From NCBI GenBank assembly GCA_965235115.1, contig OZ249436.1, positions 46,564,001 to 46,628,000 on the forward strand: a stretch of 64,000 bases of DNA, given 5' to 3'. Each line of letters starts with the position of its first letter. The stretch's first letter is position 1. Made by a program: the position numbers and the translations under genes. Positions 1 through 15,000 of the stretch are shown one piece after another. The notes under the pieces are model-generated. The model saw nothing but the letters and a program-made list of their open reading frames with translations, was not told where the DNA came from and ran no database searches. Origin of the DNA: Laetmonice hystrix. Lineage: Eukaryota.

Positions 1-3000
1 CCGGGCTGGCAGGCACCTGTGGCCCTTAGGCGAGAGACAGGTTAAAGCAATGATAAGCGAAAAATGGCTACATTTTCGATACGTCAAATTGAAACTACGG
101 CCCCCAAAATTATTATTCTTAGACCAGATGTATAACTGTCAAGCGTATAGGTCTCGTACGTTCGCTACAGATATATGGTTGTGATGTGTACACTTCCCAT
201 TTGAGTATCTTCTCCAGATTTTAACATTAGATGCTCCTCGCCTGTACCTTTCATTTCCACTACTTCACTGTAGTGTTTGCATGGCTACTATAGGCCAGCT
301 GATAAGATGTAGGGACTTCTCACTCTACTGGTTGGCCTCCCACACTGCTTAATTGGCTCCACAGTGTACTGTTTGGCCTCACTGTACTCTTTGGCCTCAC
401 TGTAGTGTTCGTTTGGGTGCTAGGCCAGCCAGTATACCTTGTAGCGATTCCTCCCCGTACTGTTTGGCCTCCCTGTACCGTTTGCTTGTATACAAGAGTA
501 GCCAGTAGTATAGGGACGCCTCATGTTTCAGTTTCCATGCCTTTATTGTCCAGGAGGCAGGACATACGTTTCGTCTATCATCTACTCCCATCTTATCTGT
601 GTCCCCTACAGACCATCTGTAAGCGTCCGACAACGTTGTCAGGTCGTCCCAATGACTGTTTGCCGTCAAGGTTTAGTTAACAATGGCAAATGACGTTGTA
701 CGCCTATTCTATATTAGATATCCCATCCCCAAGTAACAAACAAACAAACAAAGGATGATTACCCAGAGATTTTGCCGGCAGAAAACACCAGGGTGCAGCT
801 GACGGCGCTGACTGCACTGCCGCCTTCCGGCCAGCGGTGGAATCACCACGTACACCTGGCCGGGCTGGCAGGCACCTGTGGCCCTTAGGCGAGAGACAGG
901 TTAAAGCAAGAATAAGCGAAAAATGGCTACATTTTTGATACGTCAAATTGAAACTACGGCCCCAAAAATTATTATTCTTAGGCCAGATGTATAACTGTCA
1001 AGCGTATAGGTCTCGTACGTTCGCTACAGATATATGGTTGTGATGTGTACACTTCCCATTTGAGTATCTTCTCCAGATTTTAACATTAGATGCTCCTCGC
1101 CTGTACCTTTCATTTCCACTACCTCACTGTAGTGTTTGCATGGCTACTATAGGCCAGCTGATAAGATGTAGGGACTTCTCACTCTACTGGTTGGCCTCCC
1201 ACACTGCTTAATTGGCTCCACAGTGTACTGTTTGGCCTCACTGTACTCTTTGGCCTCACTGTAGTGTTCGTTTGGGTGCTAGGCCAGCCAGTATACCTTG
1301 TAGCGATTCCTCCCCGTACTGTTTGGCCTCCCTGTACCGTTTGCTTGTATACAAGAGTAGCCAGTAGTATAGGGACGCCTCATGTTTCAGTTTCCATGCC
1401 TTTATTGTCCAGGAGGCAGGACATACGTTTCGTCTATCATCTACTCCCATCTTATCTGTGTCCCCTACAGACCATCTGTAAGCGTCCGACAACGTTGTCA
1501 GGTCGTCCCAATGACTGTTTGCCGTCCAGGTTTAGTTAACAATGGCAAATGACGTTGTACGCCTATTCTATATCAGATATCCCATCCCCAAGTAACAAAC
1601 AAACAAACAAAGGATGATTACCCAGAGATTTTGCCGGCAGAAAACACCAGGGTGCAGCTGACGGCGCTGACTGCACTGCCGCCTTCCGGCCAGCGGTGGA
1701 ATCACCACGTACACCTGGCAGGGCCTGCAGGCACCTGTGGCCCTTAGGCGAGAGACAGGTTAAAGCAAGAATAAGCGAAAAATGGCTACATTTTTGATAC
1801 GTCAAATTGAAACTACGGCCCCCAAAATTATTATTCTTAGGCCAGATGTATAACTGTCAAGCGTATAGGTCTCGTACGTTCGCTACAGATATATGGTTGT
1901 GATGTGTACACTTCCCATTTGAGTATCTTCTCGACATTTTAACATTAGATGCTCCTAGCCTGTACCTTACATTTCCACTACCTCACTGTAGTGTTTGCAT
2001 GGCTACTATAGGCCAGATGGTAAGATGTAGGGACTTCTCACTCTACTGGTTGGCCTCCCACACGGCTTGGCTTCACAGTGTACTGTTTGGCCTCACTGTA
2101 CTCTTTGGCCTCACTGTAGTGTTCGTTTGGGTGCTAGGCCAGTCAGTATACCTTGTAGCGATTCCTCCCCGTACTGTTTGGCCTCCCTGTACCGTTTGCT
2201 TGTATACAAGAGTAGCCAGTAGTATAGGGACGCCTCATGTTTCAGTTTCCATGCCTTTATTGTCCAGGAGGCAGGACATACGTTTCGTCTATCATCTACT
2301 CCCATCTTATCTGTGTCCCCTACAGACCATCTGTAAGCGTCCGACAACGTTGTCAGGTCGTCCCAATGACTGTTTGCCGTCAAGGTTTAGTTAACAATGG
2401 CAAATGACGTTGTACGCCTATTCTATATTAGATATCCCATCCCCAAGTAACAAACAAACAAACAAAGGATGATTACCCAGAGATTTTGCCGGCAGAAAAC
2501 ACCAGGGTGCAGCTGACGGCGCTGACTGCACTGCCGCCTTCCGGCCAGCGGTGGAATCACCACGTACACCTGGCCGGGCTGGCAGGCACCTGTGGCCCTT
2601 AGGCGAGAGACAGGTTAAAGCAAGAATAAGCGAAAAATGGCTACATTTTTGATACGTCAAATTGAAACTACGGCCCCCAAAATTATTATTCTTAGGCCAG
2701 ATGTATAACTGTCAAGCGTATAGGTCTCGTACGTTCGCTACAGATATATGGTTGTGATGTGTACACTTCCCATTTGAGTATCTTCTCGACATTTTAACAT
2801 TAGATGCTCCTCGCCTGTACCTTTCATTTCCACTACCTCATTGTAGTGTTTGCATGGCTACTATAGGCCAGATGGTAAGATGTAGGGACTTCTCACTCTA
2901 CTGGTTGGCCTCCCACACTGCTTGGCTCCACAGTGTACTGTTTGGCCTCACTGTACTCTTTGGCCTCACTGTAGTGTTCGTTTGGGTGCTAGGCCAGCCA

Positions 3001-6000
3001 GTATACCTTGTAGCGATTCCTCCCCGTACTGTTTGGCCTCCCTGTACCGTTTGCTTGTATACAAGAGTAGCCAGTAGTATAGGGTCGCCTCATGTTTCAG
3101 TTTCCATGCCTTTATTGTCCAGGAGGCAGGACATACGTTTCGTCTGTCATCTACTCCCATCTTATCTGTGTCCCCTACAGACCATCTGTAAGCGTCCGAC
3201 AACGTTGTCAGGTCGTCCCAATGACTGTTTGCCGTCAAGGTTTAGTTAACAATGGCAAATGACGTTGTACGCCTATTCTATATCAGATATCCCATCCCCA
3301 AGTAACAAACAAACAAACAAAGGATGATTACCCAGAGATTTTGCCGGCAGAAAACACCAGGGTGCAGCTGACGGCGCTGACTGCACTGCCGCCTTCCGGC
3401 CAGCGGTGGAATCACCACGTACACCTGGCCGGGCTGGCAGGCACCTGTGGCCCTTAGGCGAGAGACAGATTAAAGCAAGGATAAGCGAAAAATGTCTACA
3501 TTTTTGATACGTCAAATTGAAACTACGGCCCCCAAAATTATTATTCTTAGGCCAGATGTATAACTGTCAAGCGTATAGGTCTCGTACGTTCGCTACAGAT
3601 ATATGGTTGTGATATGTACACTTCCCATTTGAGTATCTTCTCGACATTTTAACATTAGATGCTCCTCGCCTGTACCTTTCATTTCCACTACCTCACTGTA
3701 GTGTTTGCATGGCTACTATAGGCCAGCTGGTAAGATGTAGGGACTTCTCACTCTACTGGTTGGCCTCCCACACTGCTTGGCTCCACAGTGTAGGCCTACT
3801 CTTTGGCCTCACTGTACTCTTTGGCCTCACTGTAGTGTTCGTTTGGGTGCTAGGCCAGCCAGTATACCTTGTAGCGATTCCTCCCCGTACTGTTTGGCCT
3901 CCCTGTACTGTTTGCTTGTATACAAGAGTAGCCAGTAGTATAGGGACGCCTTATGTTTCAGTTTCCATGCCTTTATTGTCCAGGAGGCAGGCCATACGTT
4001 TCGTCTATCATCTACTCCCATCTAATCTGTGTCCCCTACAGACCATCTGTAAGCGTCCGACAACGTTGTCAGGTCGTCCCAATGACTGTTTGCCTTCAAG
4101 GTTTAGTTAACAATGGCAAATGACGTGGTACGCCTATTCTATATGAGATATCCCATCCCCAAGTAACAAACAAACAAAGGATGATTACCCAGGATTTTTC
4201 CGGCAGAAAACACCAGGGTGCAGCTGACGGCGCTGACTGCACTGCCGCCTTCCGGCCAGCGGTGGAATCACCACGTACACCTGGCTGGGCTGGCAGGCAC
4301 CTGTGGCCCTTAGGCGACGGACAGGTTAAAGCAATGATAAGCGAAAAATGGCTACATTTTTGATACGTCAAATTGAAACTACGGCCCCCAAAATTATTAT
4401 TCTTAGACCAGATGTATAACTGTCAAGCGTATAGGTCTCGTACGTTCGCTACAGATATATGGTTGTGATGTGTACACTTCCCATTTGAGTATCTTCTCCA
4501 GATTTTAACATTAGATGCTCCTCGCCTGTACCTTTCATTTCCACTACCTCACTGTAGTGTTTGCATGGCTACTATAGGCCAGCTGATAAGATGTAGGGAC
4601 TTCTCACTCTACTGGTTGGCCTCCCACACTGCTTAATTGGCTCCACAGTGTACTGTTTGGCCTCACTGTACTCTTTGGCCTCACTGTAGTGTTCGTTTGG
4701 GTGCTAGGCCAGCCAGTATACCTTGTAGCGATTCCTCCCCGTACTGTTTGGCCTCCCTGTACCGTTTGCTTGTATACAAGAGTAGCCAGTAGTATAGGGA
4801 CGCCTCATGTTTCAGTTTCCATGCCTTTATTGTCCAGGAGGCAGGACATACGTTTCGTCTATCATCTACTCCCATCTTATCTGTGTCCCTACAGACCATC
4901 TGTAAGCGTCCGACAACGTTGTCAGGTCGTCCCAATGACTGTTTGCCGTCAAGGTTTAGTTAACAATGGCAAATGACGTTGTACGCCTATTCTATATTAG
5001 ATATCCCATCCCCAAGTAACAAACAAACAAACAAAGGATGATTACCCAGAGATTTTGCCGGCAGAAAACACCAGGGTGCAGCTGACGGCGCTGACTGCAC
5101 TGCCGCCTTCCGGCCAGCGGTGGAATCACCACGTACACCTGGCCGGGCTGGCAGGCACCTGTGGCCCTTAGGCGAGAGACAGGTTAAAGCAAGAATAAGC
5201 GAAAAATGGCTACATTTTTGATACGTCAAATTGAAACTAGGCCCCCAAAATTATTATTCTTAGGCCAGATGTATAACTGTCAAGCGTATAGGTCTCGTAC
5301 GTTCGCTACAGATATATGGTTGTGATGTGTACACTTCCCATTTGAGTATCTTCTCGACATTTTAACATTAGATGCTCCTCGCCTGTACCTTTCATTTCCA
5401 CTACCTCACTGTAGTGTTTGCATGGCTACTATAGGCCAGATGGTAAGATGTAAGGACTTCTCACTCTACTGGTTGGCCTCCCACACGGCTTGGCTCCACA
5501 GTGTACTGTTTGGCCTCACTGTACTCTTTGGCCTCACTGTAGTGTTCGTTTGGGTGCTAGGCCAGTCAGTATACCTTGTAGCGATTCCTCCCCGTACTGT
5601 TTGGCCTCACTGTACCGTTTGCTTGTATACAAGAGTAGCCAGTAGTATAGGGACGCTTTATGTTTCACTTTCCATGCCTTTATTGTCCAGGAGGCAGGCC
5701 ATACGTTTCGTCTATCATCTGCTCCCATCTAATCTCTGTTCCCTACAGACCATCTGTAAGCGTCCGACAACGTTGTCAGGTCGTCCCGATGACTGTTTGC
5801 CGTCAAGGTTTAGTTAACAGTGGCAAATGACGTTGTACGCCTATTCTATATGAGATATCCCATCCCCAAGTAACAAACAAACAAAGGATGATTACCCAGA
5901 GATGTTGCCGGCAGAAAACACCAGGGTGCAGCTGACGGCGCTGACTGCACTGCCGCCTTCCGGCCAGCGGTGGAATCACCACGTACACCTGGCCGGGCTG

Positions 6001-9000
6001 GCAGGCATCTGTGGCCCTTAGGCGAGAGACAGGTTAAAGCAATGATAAGCGAAAAATGGCTACATTTTTGATACGTCAAATTGAAACTACGGCCCCCAAA
6101 ATTATTATTCTTAGGCCAGATGTATAACTGTCAAGCGTATAGGTCTCGTACGTTCGCTACAGATATATGGTTGTGATGTGTACACTTCCCATTTGAGTAT
6201 CTTCTCCAGATTTTAACATTAGATGCTCCTCGCCTGTACCTTTCATTTGCACTACCTCACTGTAGTGTTTGCATGGCTACTATAGGCCAGCTGGTAAGAT
6301 GTAGGGACTTCTCACTCTACTGGTTGGCCTCCCACACTGCTTGGCTCCACAGTGTAGGCCTACTCTTTGGCCTCACTGTACTCTTTGGCCTCACTGTAGT
6401 GTTCGTTTGGGTGCTAGGCCAGCCAGTATACCTTGTAGCGATTCCTCCCCGTACTGTTTGGCCTCCCTGTACCGTTTGCTTGTATACAAGAGTAGCCAGT
6501 AGTATAGGGACGCCTCATGTTTCAGATTCCATGCCTTTATTGTCCAGGAGGCAGGACATACGTTTCGTCTATCATCTACTCCCATCTTATCTGTGTCCCC
6601 TACAGACCATCTGTAAGCGTCCGACAACGTTGTCAGGTCGTCCCAATGACTGTTTGCCGTCAAGGTTTAGTTAACAATGGCAAATGACGTTGTACGCCTA
6701 TTCTATATCAGATATCCCATCCCCAAGTAACAAACAAACAAACAAAGGATGATTACCCAGAGATGTTGCCGGCAGAAAACACCAGGGTGCAGCTGACGGC
6801 GCTGACTGCACTGCCGCCTTCCGGCCAGCGGTGGAATCACCACGTACACCTGGCCGGGCTGGCAGGCACCTGTGGCCCTTAGGCGAGAGACAGGTTAAAG
6901 CAATGATAAGCGAAAAATGGCTACATTTTTGATACGTCAAATTGAAACTACGCCCCCCCAAAATTATTATTCTTAGGCCAGATGTGTAAGTGTCAAGCGT
7001 ATAGGTCTCGTACGTTCGCTACAGATATATGGTTGTGATGTGTACACTTCCCATTTGAGTATCTTCTCCAGATTTTAACATTAGATGCTCCTCGCCTGTA
7101 CCTTTCATTTCCATTACCTCACTGTAGTGTTTGCATGGCTACTATAGGCCAGCTGGTAAGATGTAAGGACTTCTCACTCTACTGGTTGGCCTCCCACACT
7201 GCTTGGCTCCACAGTGTACTCTTTGGCCTCACTGTACTCTTTGGCCTCACTGTAGTGTTCGTTTGGGTGCTAGGCCATCCAGTATACCTTGTAGCGATTC
7301 CTCCCCGTACTGTTTGGCCTCCCTGTACCGTTTGCTTGTATACAAGAGTAGCCAGTAGTATAGGGACGCCTCATGTTTCAGTTTCCATGCCTTTATTGTC
7401 CAGGAGGCAAGCCATACGTTTCTTCTATCATCTACTCCCATCTAATCTATGTCCCCTACAAACCATCTGTAAGCGTCCGACAACGTTGTCAGGTCGACCC
7501 AATGACTGTTTGCCGTCAAGGTTTAGTTAACAATGGCAAATGACGTTGTACGCCTATTCTATATCAGATATCCCATCCCCAAGTAACAAACAAACAAACA
7601 AAGGATGATTACCCAGAGATTTTGCCGGCAGAAAACACCAGGGTGCAGCTGACGGCGCTGACTGCACTGCCGCCTTCCGGCCAGCGGTGGAATCATGACG
7701 TACACCCTGCCGGGCTGGCAGGCACCTGTGGCCCTTAGGCGAGAGACAGGTTAAAGCAATGATAAGCGAAAAATGGCTACATTTTTGATACGTCAAATTG
7801 AAACTACGGCCCCCAAAATTATTATTCTTAGGCCAGATGTATACTGTCAAGCGTATAGGTCTCGTACGTTCGCTACAGATATATGGTTGTGATGTGTACA
7901 CTTCCCATTTGAGTATCTTCTCCAGATTTTAACATTAGATGCTCCTCGCCTGTACCTTTCATTTCCACTACCTCACTGTAGTGTTTGCATGGCTACTATA
8001 GGCCAGATGGTAAGATGTAGGGACTTCTCACTCTACTGGTTGGCCTCCCACACGGCTTGGCTTCACAGTGTACTGTTTGGCCTCACTGTACTCTTTGGCC
8101 TCACTGTAGTGTTCGTTTGGGTGCTAGGCCAGTCAGTATACCTTGTAGCGATTCCTCCCCGTACTGTTTGGCCTCACTGTACCGTTTGCTTGTATACAAG
8201 AGTAGCCAGTAGTATAGGGACGCCTTATGTTTCAGTTTCCATGCCTTTATTGTCCAGGAGGCAGGCCATACGTTTCGTCTATCATCTACTCCCATCTAAT
8301 CTGTGTTCCCTACAGACCATCTGTAAGCGTCCGACAACGTTGTCAGGTCGTCCCGATGACTGTTTGCCGTCAAGGTTTAGTTAACAATGGCAAATGACGT
8401 TGTACGCCTATTCTATATCAGATATCCCATCCCCAAGTAACAAACAAACAAACAAAGGATGATTACCCAGAGATTTTGCCGGCAGAAAACACCAGGGTGC
8501 AGCTGACGGCGCTGACTGCACTGCCGCCTTCCGGCCAGCGGTGGAATCACCACGTACACCTGGCCGGGCTGGCAGGCACCTGTGGCCCTTAGGCGAGAGA
8601 CAGATTAAAGCAAGGATAAGCGAAAAATGTCTACATTTTTGATACGTCAAATTGAAACTACGGCCCCCAAAATTATTATTCTTAGGCCAGATGTATAACT
8701 GTCAAGCGTATAGGTCTCGTACGTTCGCTACAGATATATGGTTGTGATATGTACACTTCCCATTTGAGTATCTTCTCGACATTTTAACATTAGATGCTCC
8801 TCGCCTGTACCTTTCATTTCCACTACCTCACTGTAGTGTTTGCATGGCTACTATAGGCCAGCTGGTAAGATGTAGGGACTTCTCACTCTACTGGTTGGCC
8901 TCCCACACTGCTTGGCTCCACAGTGTAGGCCTACTCTTTGGCCTCACTGTACTCTTTGGCCTCACTGTAGTGTTCGTTTGGGTGCTAGGCCAGCCAGTAT

Positions 9001-12000
9001 ACCTTGTAGCGATTCCTCCCCGTACTGTTTGGCCTCCCTGTACTGTTTGCTTGTATACAAGAGTAGCCAGTAGTATAGGGACGCCTTATGTTTCAGTTTC
9101 CATGCCTTTATTGTCCAGGAGGCAGGCCATACGTTTCGTCTATCATCTACTCCCATCTAATCTGTGTCCCCTACAGACCATCTGTAAGCGTCCGACAACG
9201 TTGTCAGGTCGTCCCAATGACTGTTTGCCTTCAAGGTTTAGTTAACAATGGCAAATGACGTGGTACGCCTATTCTATATGAGATATCCCATCCCCAAGTA
9301 ACAAACAAACAAAGGATGATTACCCAGGATTTTTCCGGCAGAAAACACCAGGGTGCAGCTGACGGCGCTGACTGCACTGCCGCCTTCCGGCCAGCGGTGG
9401 AATCACCACGTACACCTGGCTGGGCTGGCAGGCACCTGTGGCCCTTAGGCGACGGACAGGTTAAAGCAATGATAAGCGAAAAATGGCTACATTTTTGATA
9501 CGTCAAATTGAAACTACGGCCCCCAAAATTATTATTCTTAGACCAGATGTATAACTGTCAAGCGTATAGGTCTCGTACGTTCGCTACAGATATATGGTTG
9601 TGATGTGTACACTTCCCATTTGAGTATCTTCTCCAGATTTTAACATTAGATGCTCCTCGCCTGTACCTTTCATTTCCACTACCTCACTGTAGTGTTTGCA
9701 TGGCTACTATAGGCCAGCTGATAAGATGTAGGGACTTCTCACTCTACTGGTTGGCCTCCCACACTGCTTAATTGGCTCCACAGTGTACTGTTTGGCCTCA
9801 CTGTACTCTTTGGCCTCACTGTAGTGTTCGTTTGGGTGCTAGGCCAGCCAGTATACCTTGTAGCGATTCCTCCCCGTACTGTTTGGCCTCCCTGTACCGT
9901 TTGCTTGTATACAAGAGTAGCCAGTAGTATAGGGACGCCTCATGTTTCAGTTTCCATGCCTTTATTGTCCAGGAGGCAGGACATACGTTTCGTCTATCAT
10001 CTACTCCCATCTTATCTGTGTCCCTACAGACCATCTGTAAGCGTCCGACAACGTTGTCAGGTCGTCCCAATGACTGTTTGCCGTCAAGGTTTAGTTAACA
10101 ATGGCAAATGACGTTGTACGCCTATTCTATATTAGATATCCCATCCCCAAGTAACAAACAAACAAACAAAGGATGATTACCCAGAGATTTTGCCGGCAGA
10201 AAACACCAGGGTGCAGCTGACGGCGCTGACTGCACTGCCGCCTTCCGGCCAGCGGTGGAATCACCACGTACACCTGGCCGGGCTGGCAGGCACCTGTGGC
10301 CCTTAGGCGAGAGACAGGTTAAAGCAAGAATAAGCGAAAAATGGCTACATTTTTGATACGTCAAATTGAAACTAGGCCCCCAAAATTATTATTCTTAGGC
10401 CAGATGTATAACTGTCAAGCGTATAGGTCTCGTACGTTCGCTACAGATATATGGTTGTGATGTGTACACTTCCCATTTGAGTATCTTCTCGACATTTTAA
10501 CATTAGATGCTCCTCGCCTGTACCTTTCATTTCCACTACCTCACTGTAGTGTTTGCATGGCTACTATAGGCCAGATGGTAAGATGTAAGGACTTCTCACT
10601 CTACTGGTTGGCCTCCCACACGGCTTGGCTCCACAGTGTACTGTTTGGCCTCACTGTACTCTTTGGCCTCACTGTAGTGTTCGTTTGGGTGCTAGGCCAG
10701 TCAGTATACCTTGTAGCGATTCCTCCCCGTACTGTTTGGCCTCACTGTACCGTTTGCTTGTATACAAGAGTAGCCAGTAGTATAGGGACGCTTTATGTTT
10801 CACTTTCCATGCCTTTATTGTCCAGGAGGCAGGCCATACGTTTCGTCTATCATCTGCTCCCATCTAATCTCTGTTCCCTACAGACCATCTGTAAGCGTCC
10901 GACAACGTTGTCAGGTCGTCCCGATGACTGTTTGCCGTCAAGGTTTAGTTAACAGTGGCAAATGACGTTGTACGCCTATTCTATATGAGATATCCCATCC
11001 CCAAGTAACAAACAAACAAAGGATGATTACCCAGAGATGTTGCCGGCAGAAAACACCAGGGTGCAGCTGACGGCGCTGACTGCACTGCCGCCTTCCGGCC
11101 AGCGGTGGAATCACCACGTACACCTGGCCGGGCTGGCAGGCATCTGTGGCCCTTAGGCGAGAGACAGGTTAAAGCAATGATAAGCGAAAAATGGCTACAT
11201 TTTTGATACGTCAAATTGAAACTACGGCCCCCAAAATTATTATTCTTAGGCCAGATGTATAACTGTCAAGCGTATAGGTCTCGTACGTTCGCTACAGATA
11301 TATGGTTGTGATGTGTACACTTCCCATTTGAGTATCTTCTCCAGATTTTAACATTAGATGCTCCTCGCCTGTACCTTTCATTTGCACTACCTCACTGTAG
11401 TGTTTGCATGGCTACTATAGGCCAGCTGGTAAGATGTAGGGACTTCTCACTCTACTGGTTGGCCTCCCACACTGCTTGGCTCCACAGTGTAGGCCTACTC
11501 TTTGGCCTCACTGTACTCTTTGGCCTCACTGTAGTGTTCGTTTGGGTGCTAGGCCAGCCAGTATACCTTGTAGCGATTCCTCCCCGTACTGTTTGGCCTC
11601 CCTGTACCGTTTGCTTGTATACAAGAGTAGCCAGTAGTATAGGGACGCCTCATGTTTCAGATTCCATGCCTTTATTGTCCAGGAGGCAGGACATACGTTT
11701 CGTCTATCATCTACTCCCATCTTATCTGTGTCCCCTACAGACCATCTGTAAGCGTCCGACAACGTTGTCAGGTCGTCCCAATGACTGTTTGCCGTCAAGG
11801 TTTAGTTAACAATGGCAAATGACGTTGTACGCCTATTCTATATCAGATATCCCATCCCCAAGTAACAAACAAACAAACAAAGGATGATTACCCAGAGATG
11901 TTGCCGGCAGAAAACACCAGGGTGCAGCTGACGGCGCTGACTGCACTGCCGCCTTCCGGCCAGCGGTGGAATCACCACGTACACCTGGCCGGGCTGGCAG

Positions 12001-15000
12001 GCACCTGTGGCCCTTAGGCGAGAGACAGGTTAAAGCAATGATAAGCGAAAAATGGCTACATTTTTGATACGTCAAATTGAAACTACGCCCCCCCAAAATT
12101 ATTATTCTTAGGCCAGATGTGTAAGTGTCAAGCGTATAGGTCTCGTACGTTCGCTACAGATATATGGTTGTGATGTGTACACTTCCCATTTGAGTATCTT
12201 CTCCAGATTTTAACATTAGATGCTCCTCGCCTGTACCTTTCATTTCCATTACCTCACTGTAGTGTTTGCATGGCTACTATAGGCCAGCTGGTAAGATGTA
12301 AGGACTTCTCACTCTACTGGTTGGCCTCCCACACTGCTTGGCTCCACAGTGTACTCTTTGGCCTCACTGTACTCTTTGGCCTCACTGTAGTGTTCGTTTG
12401 GGTGCTAGGCCATCCAGTATACCTTGTAGCGATTCCTCCCCGTACTGTTTGGCCTCCCTGTACCGTTTGCTTGTATACAAGAGTAGCCAGTAGTATAGGG
12501 ACGCCTCATGTTTCAGTTTCCATGCCTTTATTGTCCAGGAGGCAAGCCATACGTTTCTTCTATCATCTACTCCCATCTAATCTATGTCCCCTACAAACCA
12601 TCTGTAAGCGTCCGACAACGTTGTCAGGTCGACCCAATGACTGTTTGCCGTCAAGGTTTAGTTAACAATGGCAAATGACGTTGTACGCCTATTCTATATC
12701 AGATATCCCATCCCCAAGTAACAAACAAACAAACAAAGGATGATTACCCAGAGATTTTGCCGGCAGAAAACACCAGGGTGCAGCTGACGGCGCTGACTGC
12801 ACTGCCGCCTTCCGGCCAGCGGTGGAATCATGACGTACACCCTGCCGGGCTGGCAGGCACCTGTGGCCCTTAGGCGAGAGACAGGTTAAAGCAATGATAA
12901 GCGAAAAATGGCTACATTTTTGATACGTCAAATTGAAACTACGGCCCCCAAAATTATTATTCTTAGGCCAGATGTATACTGTCAAGCGTATAGGTCTCGT
13001 ACGTTCGCTACAGATATATGGTTGTGATGTGTACACTTCCCATTTGAGTATCTTCTCCAGATTTTAACATTAGATGCTCCTCGCCTGTACCTTTCATTTC
13101 CACTACCTCACTGTAGTGTTTGCATGGCTACTATAGGCCAGATGGTAAGATGTAGGGACTTCTCACTCTACTGGTTGGCCTCCCACACGGCTTGGCTTCA
13201 CAGTGTACTGTTTGGCCTCACTGTACTCTTTGGCCTCACTGTAGTGTTCGTTTGGGTGCTAGGCCAGTCAGTATACCTTGTAGCGATTCCTCCCCGTACT
13301 GTTTGGCCTCACTGTACCGTTTGCTTGTATACAAGAGTAGCCAGTAGTATAGGGACGCCTTATGTTTCAGTTTCCATGCCTTTATTGTCCAGGAGGCAGG
13401 CCATACGTTTCGTCTATCATCTACTCCCATCTAATCTGTGTTCCCTACAGACCATCTGTAAGCGTCCGACAACGTTGTCAGGTCGTCCCGATGACTGTTT
13501 GCCGTCAAGGTTTAGTTAACAATGGCAAATGACGTTGTACGCCTATTCTATATCAGATATCCCATCCCCAAGTAACAAACAAACAAAGGATGATTACCCA
13601 GAGATGTTGCCGGCAGAAAACACCAGGGTGCAGCTGACGGCGCTGACTGCACTGCCGCCTTCCGGCCAGCGGTGGAATCACCACGTACACCTGGCCGGGC
13701 TGGCAGGCACCTGTGGCCCTTAGGCGAGAGACAGGTTAAAACAATGATAAGCGAAAAATGGCTACATTTTTGATACGTCAAATTGAAACTACGGCCCCCA
13801 AAATTATTATTCTTAGGCCAGATGTATAACTGTCAAGCGTATAGGTCTCGTACGTTCGCTACAGATATATGGTTGTGATGTGTACACTTCCCATTTGAGT
13901 ATCTTCTCGACATTTTAACATTAGATGCTCCTCGCCTGTACCTTTCATTTCCACTACCTCACTGTAGTGTTTGCATGGCTACTATAGGCCAGCTGGTAAG
14001 ATGTAGGGACTTCTCACTCTACTGGTTGGCCTCCCACACGGCTTGGCTCCACAGTGTACTGTTTGGCCTCACTGTACTCTTTGGCCTCACTGTAGTGTTC
14101 GTTTGGGTGCTAGGCCAGCCAGTATACCTTGTAGCGATTCCTCCCCGTACTGTTTGGCCTCCCTGTACCGTTTGCTTGTATACAAGAGTAGCCAGTAGTA
14201 TAGGGACGCCTCATGTTTCAGTTTCCATGCCTTTATTGTCCAGGAGGCAGGACATACGTTTCGTCTATCATCTACTCCCATCTTATCTGTGTCCCCTACA
14301 GACCATCTGTAAGCGTCCGACAACGTTGTCAGGTCGTCCCAATGACTGTTTGCCGTCAAGGTTTAGTTAACAATGGCAAATGACGTTGTACGCCTATTCT
14401 ATATTAGATATCCCATCCCCAAGTAACAAACAAACAAACAAAGGATGATTACCCAGAGATTTTGCCGGCAGAAAACACCAGGGTGCAGCTGACGGCGCTG
14501 ACTGCACTGCCGCCTTCCGGCCAGCGGTGGAATCACCACGTACACCTGGCCGGGCTGGCAGGCACCTGTGGCCCTTAGGCGAGAGACAGGTTAAAGCAAG
14601 AATAAGCGAAAAATGGCTACATTTTTGATACGTCAAATTGAAACTACGGCCCCCAAAATTATTATTCTTAGGCCAGATGTATAACTGTCAAGCGTATAGG
14701 TCTCGTACGTTCGCTACAGATATATGGTTGTGATGTGTACACTTCCCATTTGAGTATCTTCTCGACATTTTAACATTAGATGCTCCTCGCCTGTACCTTT
14801 CATTTCCACTACCTCATTGTAGTGTTTGCATGGCTACTATAGGCCAGATGGTAAGATGTAGGGACTTCTCACTCTACTGGTTGCCTCCCACACGGCTTGG
14901 CTCCACAGTGTACTGTTTGGCCTCACTGTACTCTTTGGCCTCACTGTAGTGTTCGTTTGGGTGCTAGGCCAGCCAGTATACCTTGTAGCGATTCCTCCCC

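Noticed and set aside
752..811. Box C/D snoRNA-like motifs (GGATGA...CTGA...CTGA)
   Set aside because: Box C is imperfect, there is no terminal stem and no guide target was recognised.
859..884. gccgggctggcaggcacctgtggccc resembles the 7SL/Alu 5' end
   Set aside because: It needs a gap, and the similarity stops after ~25 nt.
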